Assembly: GCA_963735455.1 (NCBI GenBank)
Contig: CAVTKZ010000004.1
Span: forward strand, 43,587-107,586
Length of the DNA: 64,000 bases
Direction: 5' to 3'
From: an uncultured Chloroflexia bacterium
Lineage (GTDB): Bacteria; Chloroflexota; Limnocylindria; Limnocylindrales; CSP1-4
Shown here: piece by piece, positions 1 to 9,469 of the stretch
How the letters are laid out: each line of letters begins with the position of its first letter
Numbering within the stretch: the first letter of the stretch is position 1
The notes under the pieces: generated by a model
What the model was told of the DNA's origin: nothing
Seen by the model: the letters and a program-made list of their open reading frames with translations, nothing else
Database searches by the model: none
Translations under genes and position numbers: made by a program

Positions 1-1
1 G

Positions 2-481
2 TTCAGCTACGACGAGCCGAATGGCGACACCCCGCTCGCCGATGGGGGCATCCTCATTACGGAGATCCGGGGTTCACGGGTGGTCCGGCTCGATGCCGCG
101 GGCCGGGTCGTGTTCGACATTCATGTGCCAACCCTCTACCCCTCGGATGCCCAGCTCGATCCTCATGGCAACGTGGTCGTGGCCGACTACTCGAACCCTG
201 GAGCGGTGGTGGCGGTGTCGCCGACGGGCCACCTGCTTTGGCGCTACGGGCCGGCTTCAGGGCCCGGCCGGCTGGACCATCCAAGCCTCGCAGTTCCCCT
301 GCCGGACGGGACCATCGTGCTCAACGACGACTTTCGGAACCGGGTCATCCTCCTGAACCCAAAGACGGGCCGGATCCTGTGGCAATACGGCCGAACCGGG
401 ATTGCCGGGCGCGGGCCCGACCGTCTCAACATCCCTGACGGCGTGAACCTGATCCCGCCGGGCGCAATCCAGGGCCTTTGA
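2..481 (+). CDS. beta-propeller-like repeat protein, C-terminal part (5' end lies outside the window)
   Basis: The frame of ORF 80..481 stays open back to nt 2. It has repeated blade-like motifs (NVVVADYSNPGAVV, TIVLNDDFRNRVILL, RILWQYG). The family was not identified. Confidence 0.5.
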   Translation, partial: FSYDEPNGDTPLADGGILITEIRGSRVVRLDAAGRVVFDIHVPTLYPSDAQLDPHGNVVVADYSNPGAVVAVSPTGHLLWRYGPASGPGRLDHPSLAVPLPDGTIVLNDDFRNRVILLNPKTGRILWQYGRTGIAGRGPDRLNIPDGVNLIPPGAIQGL

Positions 482-1533
482 GAGGAACCTGGGTGGCCAA
501 GAAGCATTCGCCTGCCCCGGGCGTCTTGAGTGCCGCCCTGATCATCGCCGCTGGGCTAGCCGCCTGTGGTCAGCCATCCCCGCCCGCATCGGCCTCGGCC
601 GGCGCCGGCCTACCTTCGCCCGCGGGAACCCAGGTCGCGTCGGCGTCGAGTCCGGCTACCTCGGCTTTGGCCAGCCCGACAGCGATCCCGCGGATCGTCA
701 TCGCGCGATCCTCGGCCCGGCTGCCGGCTGGACGCAGCCGGGCCGTGGCGCTGGTCTTCGGCTCGGAGGTTCTCCTGTGCGGCGGGTTGACGAGCACCGG
801 AGCGACGACCGGAGCCATCCTCGACCTGAACCTCCAGGACGGGAAGGTCAGGCAGCTGGGCATGCTGCCCACGGCCGTTCACGATGCCGGTGGAGCGGTC
901 CTTGATGGAGCTGGCTACGTCTTCGGTGGTGGCAGGGCTGTTGCGGGATCGACAATCCAGCGGATCGATCCGACTGGCCTGGCAACGGTGGCCGGCCAGC
1001 TGCCCGCGATCCGGGCGGACCTTGCAGTGGCTACGGTCGATGGCGAGCTCATCGTCGTCGGCGGGGGTACGCCTGCCCTGAGCGACGGCCGGGTCCTGGC
1101 GACAACCGACGGTCATCAGCTGCGCACGATCGGCCACCTGGTCGTGCCCGTCCGATACCCCGCGGTCACCGTTTTCGGTGGCCTCGTCTACGTCATCGGC
1201 GGCGCCACACCGGGCGGCGACACGAACGTGATCCAGGCGCTCGATCCGGCCACAGGCTTGGTCCGAGTGATCGGACACCTCCCGCACGCGCTATCGCATG
1301 CGTCCGCGCTCGTGATCGACGCGGTGATCCTGGTCGCCGGCGGGCGAGCCGCCGGCCGGGCACAGGGCGGCGTGCTGAGCGTCGCCCCGGCGACCGGGAC
1401 GGTGTCGGCCGTGGGCCACCTGCCCGTGCCCGCATCGGACATGGCGGCTGTCGTCGTCGCTGGGGTCGGCTACCTGATTGGCGGCGAGACAACGAGCCCG
1501 ATCACGTCGATCGTGACCGTTTCGATCGAGTAA
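478..1533 (+). CDS. Kelch-repeat lipoprotein (start may be GTG 493)
   Basis: 351-aa ORF with a signal peptide and lipobox (LIIAAGLAAC|GQ). It has repeated GG-x-hydrophobic Kelch-like blades (LLCGGL, YVFGGG, LIVVGGG, VYVIGGA, ILVAGGR, YLIGGE). Its start overlaps the stop of the upstream gene. Confidence 0.65.
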   Translation: MRGTWVAKKHSPAPGVLSAALIIAAGLAACGQPSPPASASAGAGLPSPAGTQVASASSPATSALASPTAIPRIVIARSSARLPAGRSRAVALVFGSEVLLCGGLTSTGATTGAILDLNLQDGKVRQLGMLPTAVHDAGGAVLDGAGYVFGGGRAVAGSTIQRIDPTGLATVAGQLPAIRADLAVATVDGELIVVGGGTPALSDGRVLATTDGHQLRTIGHLVVPVRYPAVTVFGGLVYVIGGATPGGDTNVIQALDPATGLVRVIGHLPHALSHASALVIDAVILVAGGRAAGRAQGGVLSVAPATGTVSAVGHLPVPASDMAAVVVAGVGYLIGGETTSPITSIVTVSIE

Positions 1534-1597
1534 GACTGGGTCGCGCGAAGGGCGGCAATTCAGAGAACTCTCATGAAGCCGGCCTAGACTGGGCTGC

Positions 1598-1981
1598 GTG
1601 GACTCCCGGAATCAGCGCGCCCGCGCGCGCCGATTGAGCTCGAACACTCGCTCCCGACCCGTGGTGGGCCGTCGCCCGCAGCCGGGGGTCCGGCCGGCGG
1701 TCGATCCGCGGACGTTCGTGGCCCGGATGAAGCGCCGAATCGCGGCAGGCTCGGTCGTCACGTTCGGGGCCTTCTTCGGGTTGGCGACACTGAATGTCGT
1801 GGGCGTCACCGCGCTGGCCGCAGGTCCCGGCGGCACGACGCCGGCCAGCAGCGCAGCTCCCGTCCTGGCCCCAGGCGACTTCTTCGGCGTGCCCCAGGGA
1901 CCGATCGTGGCGGGTCCTCTACCTCAGCCTCAGGTGATCTTTGGCGGCGGCCCGCCGATGCTCACGAGTGGCGGCTCCTGA
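1598..1981 (+). CDS. small membrane-anchored Pro/Gly-rich protein (more likely start ATG 1727)
   Basis: One hydrophobic helix (AAGSVVTFGAFFGLATLNVVGV) followed by a Pro/Gly-rich tail ending ...MLTSGGS. The stop lies 5 nt before the ApbE start. It resembles the small proteins upstream of the second ApbE copy at 60343-61067. Confidence 0.4.
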   Translation: MDSRNQRARARRLSSNTRSRPVVGRRPQPGVRPAVDPRTFVARMKRRIAAGSVVTFGAFFGLATLNVVGVTALAAGPGGTTPASSAAPVLAPGDFFGVPQGPIVAGPLPQPQVIFGGGPPMLTSGGS

Positions 1982-1985
1982 AGGC

Positions 1986-2946
1986 ATGCCCCGGCGGCCG
2001 GCTGCCGGTGATCCGGGGACCGATCAGCTCCTGACTCCGGACGGCCTCATCCGCCATACGTTTTGACGCGATGGGCACGACCGTCACGGTCCTGCTGCCG
2101 CAGGCACGGGGCGCTGAAGCGACGCGCGTGGAGCAGCTCTTTGCGACCTGGCAGGCGATCTGCACCCGGTTCGACCCGCTCAGTGAGCTGAGCCGGCTCA
2201 ACGCGGCCCGCGGCGAGCCGATCGTTGTCAGCGAATTGCTCTTTCATGTCCTGTCGACGGCCATCCAGGCGGCAAGCGCGACCGATGGGTTGTTCGATCC
2301 GACCCTGCTCCGCTCGCTCGAGGCGATCGGCTACGACCGTGACTTCGAGGTCCTCGCCGCGGGCGCCCCGGCCCGGTTAGCCCCGACCAGCGCCGTCCCC
2401 GCGACCGGTGGCTGGCGGGCCATTCGACTTGACGCCGAACGGCGAACGGCCCAGCTGCCCGCCGGTGTCGGCATGGACCTCGGCGGGCTCGCGAAGGGAA
2501 TGGCCGTCGACGCCGCGATCGCCGATCTGGCTGCCCGGGGGGTCGAGGTCACGGCCGTCGATGCCGGCGGGGACCTCTCGGTCCTGGGCCGGCCACCCGG
2601 GGCCGAGGCTTGGCCGATCTCGATCGAGGCTCCGGGTCACCCCCGGACGATATCGCTCCGTTCCGGGGCCCTGGCCACCTCCAGCATCGCACGTCGCCGG
2701 TGGCGCCAGGGAACGCTCGAGCGCCACCACCTCATCGATCCCCGAACCGGCCTACCGTCGACCGCCGGGCTCTATTCGGCCTCGATCGCCGCGCCGTCCT
2801 GCGCTCAGGCGGAGGCGGCTGCGAAGGCCGCATTCCTGCTCGGCCTGGTTGACGGTTCGCGATTCCTGGCTGAGCGCGGCCTGGCCGGGCTCCTCCTGAC
2901 CGTGGACGGAACGGCGCACCCCGTCGGACCGTGGGCGGCTACGTGA
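1986..2946 (+). CDS. apbE: FAD:protein FMN transferase (ApbE family), interrupted by a 1-nt insertion in the T-run 2061-2064; the uninterrupted ORF is 2071..2946
   Basis: ApbE hallmarks are present: AMGT near the N-terminus, LSRLN, and GGLAKGMAVD. ATG 1986 opens a 26-codon frame ending ...RHTF*. Removing one T gives ...RHTFDAMGTTV, the canonical ApbE N-terminus. Confidence 0.85.
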
Positions 2947-4013
2947 CCAGCTCCGGCCTGACCTGGGAGATCGCTCGGGCTGGCGGGTTCGCGGCGTACG
3001 GGCTGCTGTCGGCCTCGGTGGCGATCGGCCTGGTCCTCAGCCTCAAGTGGCGATCCCCGCGCTGGACGCGGTTCATCACCAACGAGCTGCATCGGTTCGT
3101 GACGTTGCTCGCTCTCGTCTTCGTGGTGATCCACACGTTGATGGTGGCGATCGACCCGTTCATCCGCTTCACGCCCGCCGAGGTCCTGGTCCCGTTCCTC
3201 AGCCACTATCGGCCGCTATGGATCGCCATGGGAATCGTGGCCATGGACCTCCTGATCGCGGTGTATGTCAGCGAATGGGTCCGGCCGCATGTCGGCTACC
3301 GCTGGTGGCGTCGCTTCCACTACCTCTCCTTCGCGGTCTTCATCCTCGCCCTGGTCCATGGCCTGGGCACGGGCAGCGACTCACGGACGCCGTGGGCGAT
3401 CGGAGTCTATGCCGCGAGCGTCGTGGTCGTGGCCGCCCTCATCTCGGTCCGGGCGCTGCCTGGGTCGGGTGAACGCGCCCACCCGATCATCGCCGTGGTG
3501 ACTGTGCTTGTCGTCGTGGCTGCGGGCCTGTGGGCGTGGGACGGCCCCCTTCAGCCCGGCTGGAACGCGATCGCCAATGACGACCGTGGCTCCGGCTCGG
3601 CAAGCGCAGGTGGTCCAAGCCCCGGAGCATCGAGCGCTCCTGCGAGCACGCCGCCGCAGTCCAGCACGCAACCCGCCAGCGGGCAAGCATTCTCGGACGC
3701 CTTATCCGGCCAGTTGGTCCAGGCCGACGATGGGTCGGTCACCCTGACCGCGACGCTGAAATCGAGCCGTGATCGGTTGACGATCCGCTTTCCGTCGGGT
3801 CAGGGCGGCCAGCTGGCGATCGACGGCGCCACGCTCTCACTGCAAGCTCCGAACGGGGATACCTGCAGCGGCGACCTCCGCGGGCTGGATGACAATCAAA
3901 TCGTGGCCGCCTGCCAGGGCGTATCCAGCGGGGCCGACTGGATGCTGCGGATGACGCTGATCGACAATGGAACCGGGTTGATCCAGGGCGCGTTCGAAGC
4001 CGCTCCCCAGTAG
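2931..4013 (+). CDS. ferric-reductase-like (MsrQ/YedZ-type) transmembrane protein with a C-terminal extracytoplasmic domain (start possibly GTG 2943, overlapping the apbE stop)
   Basis: Six predicted TM helices carry conserved His residues (HRFVTLLALVFVVIHTL; FHYLSFAVFILALVHGL). It is a paralog of 62054..62830. A Ser/Pro linker and a beta-rich domain of about 130 aa follow the membrane part. Confidence 0.75.
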   Translation: MGGYVTSSGLTWEIARAGGFAAYGLLSASVAIGLVLSLKWRSPRWTRFITNELHRFVTLLALVFVVIHTLMVAIDPFIRFTPAEVLVPFLSHYRPLWIAMGIVAMDLLIAVYVSEWVRPHVGYRWWRRFHYLSFAVFILALVHGLGTGSDSRTPWAIGVYAASVVVVAALISVRALPGSGERAHPIIAVVTVLVVVAAGLWAWDGPLQPGWNAIANDDRGSGSASAGGPSPGASSAPASTPPQSSTQPASGQAFSDALSGQLVQADDGSVTLTATLKSSRDRLTIRFPSGQGGQLAIDGATLSLQAPNGDTCSGDLRGLDDNQIVAACQGVSSGADWMLRMTLIDNGTGLIQGAFEAAPQ

Positions 4014-4088
4014 GCTCGAGCCGCCCAGCCGGCCCAGGGGGTACGGGACCCAGTCCGGCGAACCCACGAACGCCGTAGACTGATCCCA

Positions 4089-4421
4089 ATGGATGAGCTC
4101 GACGGGGTGATCGCCGCTCCGGATCATCACAAGGTGATCTTCGAGAACGAGACCGTCCGGGTGCTCGAGATCCGGATCCCCGTCGGCGACACCGCGCCGC
4201 TCCACACCCACCTTCGGCCGACGTCCTTGTACGTGGTCTCCGGCTCACACTTTATCCGCCGCGACGAGAACGGCGCGGTGATGATGGACACGAGATCCGA
4301 CCCGAGCTTCGTCATGCCCCGGGTGATCTACCAGGCGACCCAGCCCCGCCACACCCTCGAGAACACGGGCAGCAACGACATCGTGATGATCGGCACCGAG
4401 CTCAAGGAGCCGGCCGGCTAG
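4089..4421 (+). CDS. cupin-domain protein
   Basis: 110 aa with a small beta-barrel pattern and a metal-site-like motif (GDTAPLHTH...H). The assignment rests on motif resemblance only. Confidence 0.6.
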   Translation: MDELDGVIAAPDHHKVIFENETVRVLEIRIPVGDTAPLHTHLRPTSLYVVSGSHFIRRDENGAVMMDTRSDPSFVMPRVIYQATQPRHTLENTGSNDIVMIGTELKEPAG

Positions 4422-4425
4422 GAGG

Positions 4426-5787
4426 CTATGGCGCGAGTCGCTGCCAGCTGACCCGCTCCGGGCCCCCGATCGGGGCCGGATCGCCGAGCTGGATCGAAAT
4501 CGTGGGCAGGATTGCCGCTCCCGGGACGGGACTCTGGCTCGCAGGCACGAGCTCGATGACCGCGTAGTCCATTCCGTAGGTCACGACCCTCTGGCCATCG
4601 GGCGACCAGATCATCGGGTTCAGTGGTTGTGTTCCCGGCGAGGTCAGGCGACGAAGGCCGGTGCCGTCCGTGTTCACGACGTATGCCGTGACCAGGTCGT
4701 CTAATGCCGATGCCGAATATTGCTCAAAGGCGATCTGCGATCCGTCCGGCGAGAAGATCGGCAGGAGGTCATCGCCCGCGGGCAAGTTGAGGGCCTGCTC
4801 GGCGTGGCCGTCCACGGCGGCGATCGCCAGGGTGTGGTGGTCGGTGGCACCCGTCGCAAAGAGAAGCGACCGGCCATCGGGCGACCAGGACGGTGCCGTC
4901 CCGGCATAGGGGCCACCAAACGAATAGTTGTTCGGCGCGCCCCCCGCGCGGGCCGACTGGCTGACCTTGGCCTGCCCCGTTCCGTCCGGCGCGATCACAT
5001 AGACCCCGATGGCCGGGTCGGGCGGATAGGCGTCCGGGAGGACGCCGATCGTGTGGCCACGGAAGGCAATCAGCCGGCCATCAGGCGACCAGGCAGGATC
5101 CGAGCGGGACAGCGTTCCGCCGCCTACCTGGTGGAGGTCGGTACCATCAGCGTTGACGACGTACAAGGCCATGCTCGAGTAGTAGTCGCCGACGGCAAAG
5201 GCAATTCGGCGCGAGTCCGGCGCCCACGCCGCCTGGAGGTTCTGGCTGCCCTCGAAGTCGCGGCTACCGGTGACCTTGTGCTTGCCCGACCCATCGGCAT
5301 TCATCACCCACAGGGACGCCGGCAGGCCATTATCGGCGGCGCTCCAGTAGGCAATCATCGTCCCGTCCGGCGAGAAGCTCGGGCTGGTGTCCAGATCGCG
5401 ACTGGACGTCAGGTTGCGCTGATGGCTGCCATCGCCGTCGAAGACGACGATGTCGCCGCCGATGTCGGCTGCGATGACTCCGGCTCGGGCAGGACCGGTC
5501 GGCGATGGCAGCGGAGGGGTCGAGCCAACCACGAGTAGGCCGCCAACGAGGAGGGCGACGAGGGCGGCGACGCCGAGCAACCTCGCTCCCCAGGAGAATC
5601 GAACGGTCGACCTACCCTCGGCAAACGACGGGATCAATCCGAGACGGGCGGCCAAGGCCGGTCGTCGGCGCGTCGTGGCTGTTCGGGCCACGACGCTGCG
5701 CAGCAACCCGGCTGGCTCGTCGACGGGTGCATCGGCCTTGAGCCAGCTCGCCAGGCGGCGCTCAAATTCTTCGTTGGATTCGGTCAT
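4426..5787 (-). CDS. single-pass membrane protein with a TolB-like (PD40/WD40-like) beta-propeller; putative anti-sigma/sensor partner of the adjacent ECF sigma factor
   Basis: The internal Met (MTESNEEF) at 5787 overlaps the sigma-factor stop as ATGA. The protein has one TM helix, then repeated SPxxSPDG / WSPDG blades (SFSPDGTMIAYWS, AWAPDSRRIAF, AWSPDGRLIAF, SWSPDGRSLLF, IFSPDGSQIAF, IWSPDGQRVV). The 5' extension of the ORF-track entry (to 5979) overlaps the sigma gene and was dropped. Confidence 0.75.
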   Translation of the reverse strand: MTESNEEFERRLASWLKADAPVDEPAGLLRSVVARTATTRRRPALAARLGLIPSFAEGRSTVRFSWGARLLGVAALVALLVGGLLVVGSTPPLPSPTGPARAGVIAADIGGDIVVFDGDGSHQRNLTSSRDLDTSPSFSPDGTMIAYWSAADNGLPASLWVMNADGSGKHKVTGSRDFEGSQNLQAAWAPDSRRIAFAVGDYYSSMALYVVNADGTDLHQVGGGTLSRSDPAWSPDGRLIAFRGHTIGVLPDAYPPDPAIGVYVIAPDGTGQAKVSQSARAGGAPNNYSFGGPYAGTAPSWSPDGRSLLFATGATDHHTLAIAAVDGHAEQALNLPAGDDLLPIFSPDGSQIAFEQYSASALDDLVTAYVVNTDGTGLRRLTSPGTQPLNPMIWSPDGQRVVTYGMDYAVIELVPASQSPVPGAAILPTISIQLGDPAPIGGPERVSWQRLAP

Positions 5788-6365
5788 GCCAGGCGCCCTC
5801 TCGTGCTCGCGACCGACCGTCCCCCGGCATCGAGGTCTGCCCGCATCGCCTGCGTCGCGCGGTGAAGCCTGGACTTCACGGTTCCAAGCGGGATCGCAAG
5901 CACGCTCGCGATCTCGGCCAGGGGCATCCCGGAGAAGAAGTGGAGGACGACGATGGAGCGCTGTTCGGCGTCCAGGCACCGGAAGCTGCGCTCGAGCTGG
6001 TCACGATCGGCAATCGCCCGACTCTCGTCCGGGTGGCCCACGTCGAGCGCCGCCACGTGGACCTCAAGGCGGCTGATTCGCCGCGTCCGACCAGCTTCCC
6101 GGTAACACGCCCGGACGAGCAGGCGATGGAGCCATGCCTCGAAACGATCCGGGTCGCGGAGGCCGCCGATATCGCGCCAAGCGGCGACGAGTGCCTCCTG
6201 GACGGCATCTTCGGCGGGCTCCGTCTCGCGCAGGATCAGGCGGGCCACGGCGAACAACCGGCCGATCGAGGCGCTCGCAAGCTGGGCGAATGCATCGTGC
6301 TCGCCGGCCATTGCCCGGATCACGAGATCCTTGTGCATCGCGCCTCCCCGTTCCGGCGGAGCCAC
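5784..6365 (-). CDS. ECF-type RNA polymerase sigma-70 factor (alternative start 6338)
   Basis: Region 2 is recognisable (EDAVQEALVAAWRDIGGLRDPDRFEAWLHRLLVRAC). Region 4 is also present (LDAEQRSIVVLHFFSGMPLAEIASVLAIPLGTVKSRLHRA). Confidence 0.9.
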   Translation of the reverse strand: MAPPERGGAMHKDLVIRAMAGEHDAFAQLASASIGRLFAVARLILRETEPAEDAVQEALVAAWRDIGGLRDPDRFEAWLHRLLVRACYREAGRTRRISRLEVHVAALDVGHPDESRAIADRDQLERSFRCLDAEQRSIVVLHFFSGMPLAEIASVLAIPLGTVKSRLHRATQAMRADLDAGGRSVASTRGRLA

Positions 6366-6423
6366 TCGCCGCCGGTACAGGGTATGGGGCCGCGACCCTG
6401 GAATTGGTCCCTGCGCATCCGCC

Positions 6424-7110
6424 CTACCCTCCGGTCCCTCGGATGACCTGCGTCGTCGACCCTTGAGAGCCCGTCGTCGCGTCGCGCCAACTGGTCTCTA
6501 CAAGACAACCTTCGACCAGGTTCGAGCTCGCCAATACGATCCGGAAATGGAAGGTGCCCTGCCCGAGGCGACGTTCGCCGCCCGTTCCGGGACGCTCATC
6601 AGCGACGGCCACCGGCACGACAGCGGATCGGAGGACGACGCTCGACCTTGACCGGACCGTGACCGTGATCGCCTCGATGCTCGAGGGTGCGTAGCCATCG
6701 ACCGTGATGACGACAGGATGATTGCCCGTCGCGATCGGGGCGACATGCCAGACGCTCACGGGCGCGATGCCCCCCTGCAGCTCCTCGGATCCGATGCCGT
6801 CAGCACGGCCGGCCGGGACTGCGGTTGCGGGTGCCTGCGGTGTCTCCGGAGCGAGCTCCTGCGTTGGCGGCGCCGCCTCGGACGCACTCGGTGTGGGAGC
6901 CGTCGGCGGCGGCGTCGCCGCGTGGCCAACGAGCCCCAGGCTGAGGACGCCTGCACACACGGCGATCACGGCGCCCAGCCACCGGTCGGTGTTGCGCCCG
7001 GCTCGAAGAGGCCCTGCGCTGGGCAGCTCGACGATCGACGGCGCGGGGTCGTCGACGTCCCAAACTTCCTCCGGGATCCGCCTGATCGGGTCAATGGCCT
7101 GGGACTTCAT
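6424..7110 (-). CDS. hypothetical membrane-anchored, Pro/Ala-rich protein (first gene of the sigma operon)
   Basis: Met at 7110 (MKSQAIDP...), one TM helix (WLGAVIAVCAGVLSLGLV), a Pro-rich linker and a beta-rich C-terminal domain. Same strand as, and 58 nt upstream of, the sigma gene. No family recognised. Confidence 0.45.
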   Translation of the reverse strand: MKSQAIDPIRRIPEEVWDVDDPAPSIVELPSAGPLRAGRNTDRWLGAVIAVCAGVLSLGLVGHAATPPPTAPTPSASEAAPPTQELAPETPQAPATAVPAGRADGIGSEELQGGIAPVSVWHVAPIATGNHPVVITVDGYAPSSIEAITVTVRSRSSVVLRSAVVPVAVADERPGTGGERRLGQGTFHFRIVLASSNLVEGCLVETSWRDATTGSQGSTTQVIRGTGG

Positions 7111-7225
7111 GCGGGCGACCGATCCTCCCCGGCCCCGGTGTGGGGCTCTACCTCCATTGGGGTCGCTCGATCGCATTTGGTTCCCGATTCGCGGGCGAAC
7201 GCCTGGACTCCAGCTGGCGAAGGAC

Positions 7226-8644
7226 CTAGTCGCTCAGCCGGCGCTCGACGAATTGGCCGTAACCGCGCTGGCCGACGAAGACGCCGTCTCGGATCACCGC
7301 GCGGCCACGGACGAAGACGGACCGCACGGCTCCGCTCAATGACAACCCCTCGAACGCGGTGTAGTCCGAGGTGTGGTGGAGGTCGGCGGCCCGGATCGTG
7401 CGCTGGGCCGTCGGGTCGAACAGGACCAGGTCCGCATCCCGGCCACGCTCCAGGACGCCTTTCGAGCTCAGCCCGAAGAGCCGGGCCGGTGCCGCCGACA
7501 GCAGCTCGACCAACCGCTCGGCGCTGATCCGGCCGGTCGCCACGCCTTCCGACCAGGCGATCGCCAGGAGCGTCTCGATGCCCGGGGCGCCGTTGCTGAT
7601 CTCGTTGAACGGCATGCCCTGGACCCGCTTCTCGACGGCGACTCGATCGGCGACGTGGTCCGTCGCCACCAGGTCGAGCGACCCGTCGGCCAGGCCGGTC
7701 CACAGGGCGTCACGGTCCGCGGCGGAGCGGAGCGGGGGAGAGATCACGACCTTGGCCACCTCGGCGTCGTCGGGATCGAGGTAGCGCGCATCGGTCAGGA
7801 CCAGATAGTGGGGGCAGGTCTCGGCCGAGACCCGCACGCCCCGTACTCGAGCCGCGCGAACGGCTTCCAGCGCACCCGCCGACGAGAGGTGGACGACGTG
7901 GACCGGCGCGTCGGCGGCCTCGGCGAAGGCCATCACCCGGGCCGTCGCGACCGCCTCGGCCAATGCCGGCCGCGACGAGGCGTGGAAGCGCGGCGCCACG
8001 TCGCCCCGGGCCAGGGCCGCGGCGATCGCGGCGTCGACGAGCCCGGCATCCTCGCAATGGACCTCGAGCCGGCCGGCGCGCCGGCCCATCGTCCGGATCG
8101 CCTCGAACAGGCGCTCGTTGTCGAGCCGGAAGTCGAAGACCATGAACGCCTTGGCCGTGGGCACGCCCGAGTCGACGATCGCCGCCAGCTCGCCGACCGG
8201 GTCGTCCATCCGGCCGCTGATCGCCAGGCTGACCGCGTAGTCGACGGCCGCATCGGATGAGGTCGCGGCCCGCCATTCCGAGAGCCCGGCAACCAGCGAG
8301 CGCTCGGCCGCCGGCGACGAGCCGGTCCCCGGGTTATTGAAGGCCAGGAACGTGGTCGTGCCCCCGTATGCCGCCGCGACCGAGTCCTGGAAGAAGCGGT
8401 CGGGCTCGGCGTCGGAGGCCACCCGGGTGTGAGTATGGACATCGACGACGCCCGGCAGGACGAGCAGGCCCGAGGCATCGACGATGGCTCGAGCCGAGGC
8501 GGCCAACCGTGAGAGATCGCGCTCGATCGCCGAGATCCGGCCGCCCTCGACCGCCAGGTCGGCTGGCAACGAGCCGGCCGGCGTGACGATCGTCCCGCCC
8601 CGGACTACGAGGTCGACCCGGCTCGCGGGCGAAACCGCGGTCAC
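7226..8644 (-). CDS. dihydropyrimidinase/hydantoinase-type cyclic amidohydrolase (possible allantoin-type ring opener)
   Basis: GTG start at 8644, 4 nt after the upstream gene's stop. Metal-site motifs are present: DVHTH, AKAFMVF (carboxylated-Lys position), VHCED, HVVHLSS, ETCPHYL, ISPPLR, ATDH. The longer ORF-track version (to 8929) overlaps the DUF3830-like gene. Confidence 0.85.
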   Translation of the reverse strand: MTAVSPASRVDLVVRGGTIVTPAGSLPADLAVEGGRISAIERDLSRLAASARAIVDASGLLVLPGVVDVHTHTRVASDAEPDRFFQDSVAAAYGGTTTFLAFNNPGTGSSPAAERSLVAGLSEWRAATSSDAAVDYAVSLAISGRMDDPVGELAAIVDSGVPTAKAFMVFDFRLDNERLFEAIRTMGRRAGRLEVHCEDAGLVDAAIAAALARGDVAPRFHASSRPALAEAVATARVMAFAEAADAPVHVVHLSSAGALEAVRAARVRGVRVSAETCPHYLVLTDARYLDPDDAEVAKVVISPPLRSAADRDALWTGLADGSLDLVATDHVADRVAVEKRVQGMPFNEISNGAPGIETLLAIAWSEGVATGRISAERLVELLSAAPARLFGLSSKGVLERGRDADLVLFDPTAQRTIRAADLHHTSDYTAFEGLSLSGAVRSVFVRGRAVIRDGVFVGQRGYGQFVERRLSD

Positions 8645-8648
8645 CCGA

Positions 8649-9083
8649 TCAGTCCACCTCGCGGATCGTGATCGGCTGGGCGCCCTGCCATAGGCAGCGC
8701 CGGCCGACCTCGCGCAACCGGTCGGCCCAGCCCAGGTCCATAGGGCCGTCGGGCTCGATCGTGGCGAAGTGGTTGGCGGCCAGCTGGCCGACCTTCGAAC
8801 TCGTCGTGCAGGCGCCGTACGGGAAGAAGATCTCGCATTCGCTGATCCCGCCCGGGTACATCGCCAGCTGGCCCGGCGCCGGATGCGAGGTGTGGTTCTC
8901 GTAGTCGATCCCCGGTCGCAGGTCGCCATACGGGATCCAGGTCGACTCGCCGCTCCAGCGGCAGTGGATCAGCGAGGCCTCGATCGGCAGCATCCGCCGG
9001 ATCGCCTCGATCGTCTTCGGCGCGGCCGCCTCCCAGCGAGCGCTAAAGTGGAGGTCGCCGACCACGATCTGGAGCCGAGCCAT
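8649..9083 (-). CDS. DUF3830-like (cyclophilin-like fold) protein
   Basis: Met at 9083 (MARLQIVVGDLHFSARWE...). The motifs LIHCRWSGESTWIPYG, ENHTSHPAPGQLAMYPGGISECEIFFPYG and GQLAANHF match my recollection of this family. Confidence 0.6.
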   Translation of the reverse strand: MARLQIVVGDLHFSARWEAAAPKTIEAIRRMLPIEASLIHCRWSGESTWIPYGDLRPGIDYENHTSHPAPGQLAMYPGGISECEIFFPYGACTTSSKVGQLAANHFATIEPDGPMDLGWADRLREVGRRCLWQGAQPITIREVD

Positions 9084-9116
9084 ACCGCGGAGGATAACGT
9101 GGCCCACCGGGCGCCG

Positions 9117-9431
9117 ATGATCTCCAGCCACGTCCTCGACACGAGCCGCGGCGAGCCGGTCGCCTGGCTGTCGATCACGGTCCTGCGCGTCGAGGCCGAC
9201 GGCGCCGAGACGGAGCTGTGCTCGGTGATGACCGACGCCGGCGGACGGATCGCCGACCTGCTCGGGCGACCGCTCGAAGCCGGCCGCTACCGGCTCCGAT
9301 TCGAGCTTGGCGCGCAGAGCTCGTTCTTTGCCGCCCTGGCGGTCGACATCGTGATCGAGGACATCGGTCGGAGCTACCACGTGCCGCTCCTGGTCAGCCC
9401 GTTCGGGCTGTCGACCTATCTCGGCAGTTGA
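9117..9431 (+). CDS. uraH: 5-hydroxyisourate hydrolase (transthyretin-like)
   Basis: 104 aa. N-terminal SSHVLDTSRGEPV motif, and a C-terminal HVPLLVSPFGLSTYLGS (the Y-[RL]-GS tail typical of HIUases). Confidence 0.85.
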   Translation: MISSHVLDTSRGEPVAWLSITVLRVEADGAETELCSVMTDAGGRIADLLGRPLEAGRYRLRFELGAQSSFFAALAVDIVIEDIGRSYHVPLLVSPFGLSTYLGS

Positions 9432-9469
9432 GCTCGTCGGGCAAGCCGGCTACGCCGCCGGCCCCCCGG

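Noticed and set aside
4426-5979. 5' extensions of ORF-track entries: 4426..5979, 7226..8929, 8649..9380, 16265..17677, 27737..28588, 32348..34552, 34482..35261, 11634.., 12116.., 9218.., 9616.. and 28806...
   Set aside because: The extensions overlap the upstream gene and translate to Arg/Pro-rich junk. Internal starts give canonical N-termini, signal peptides or ATGA-type coupling with the neighbouring gene.
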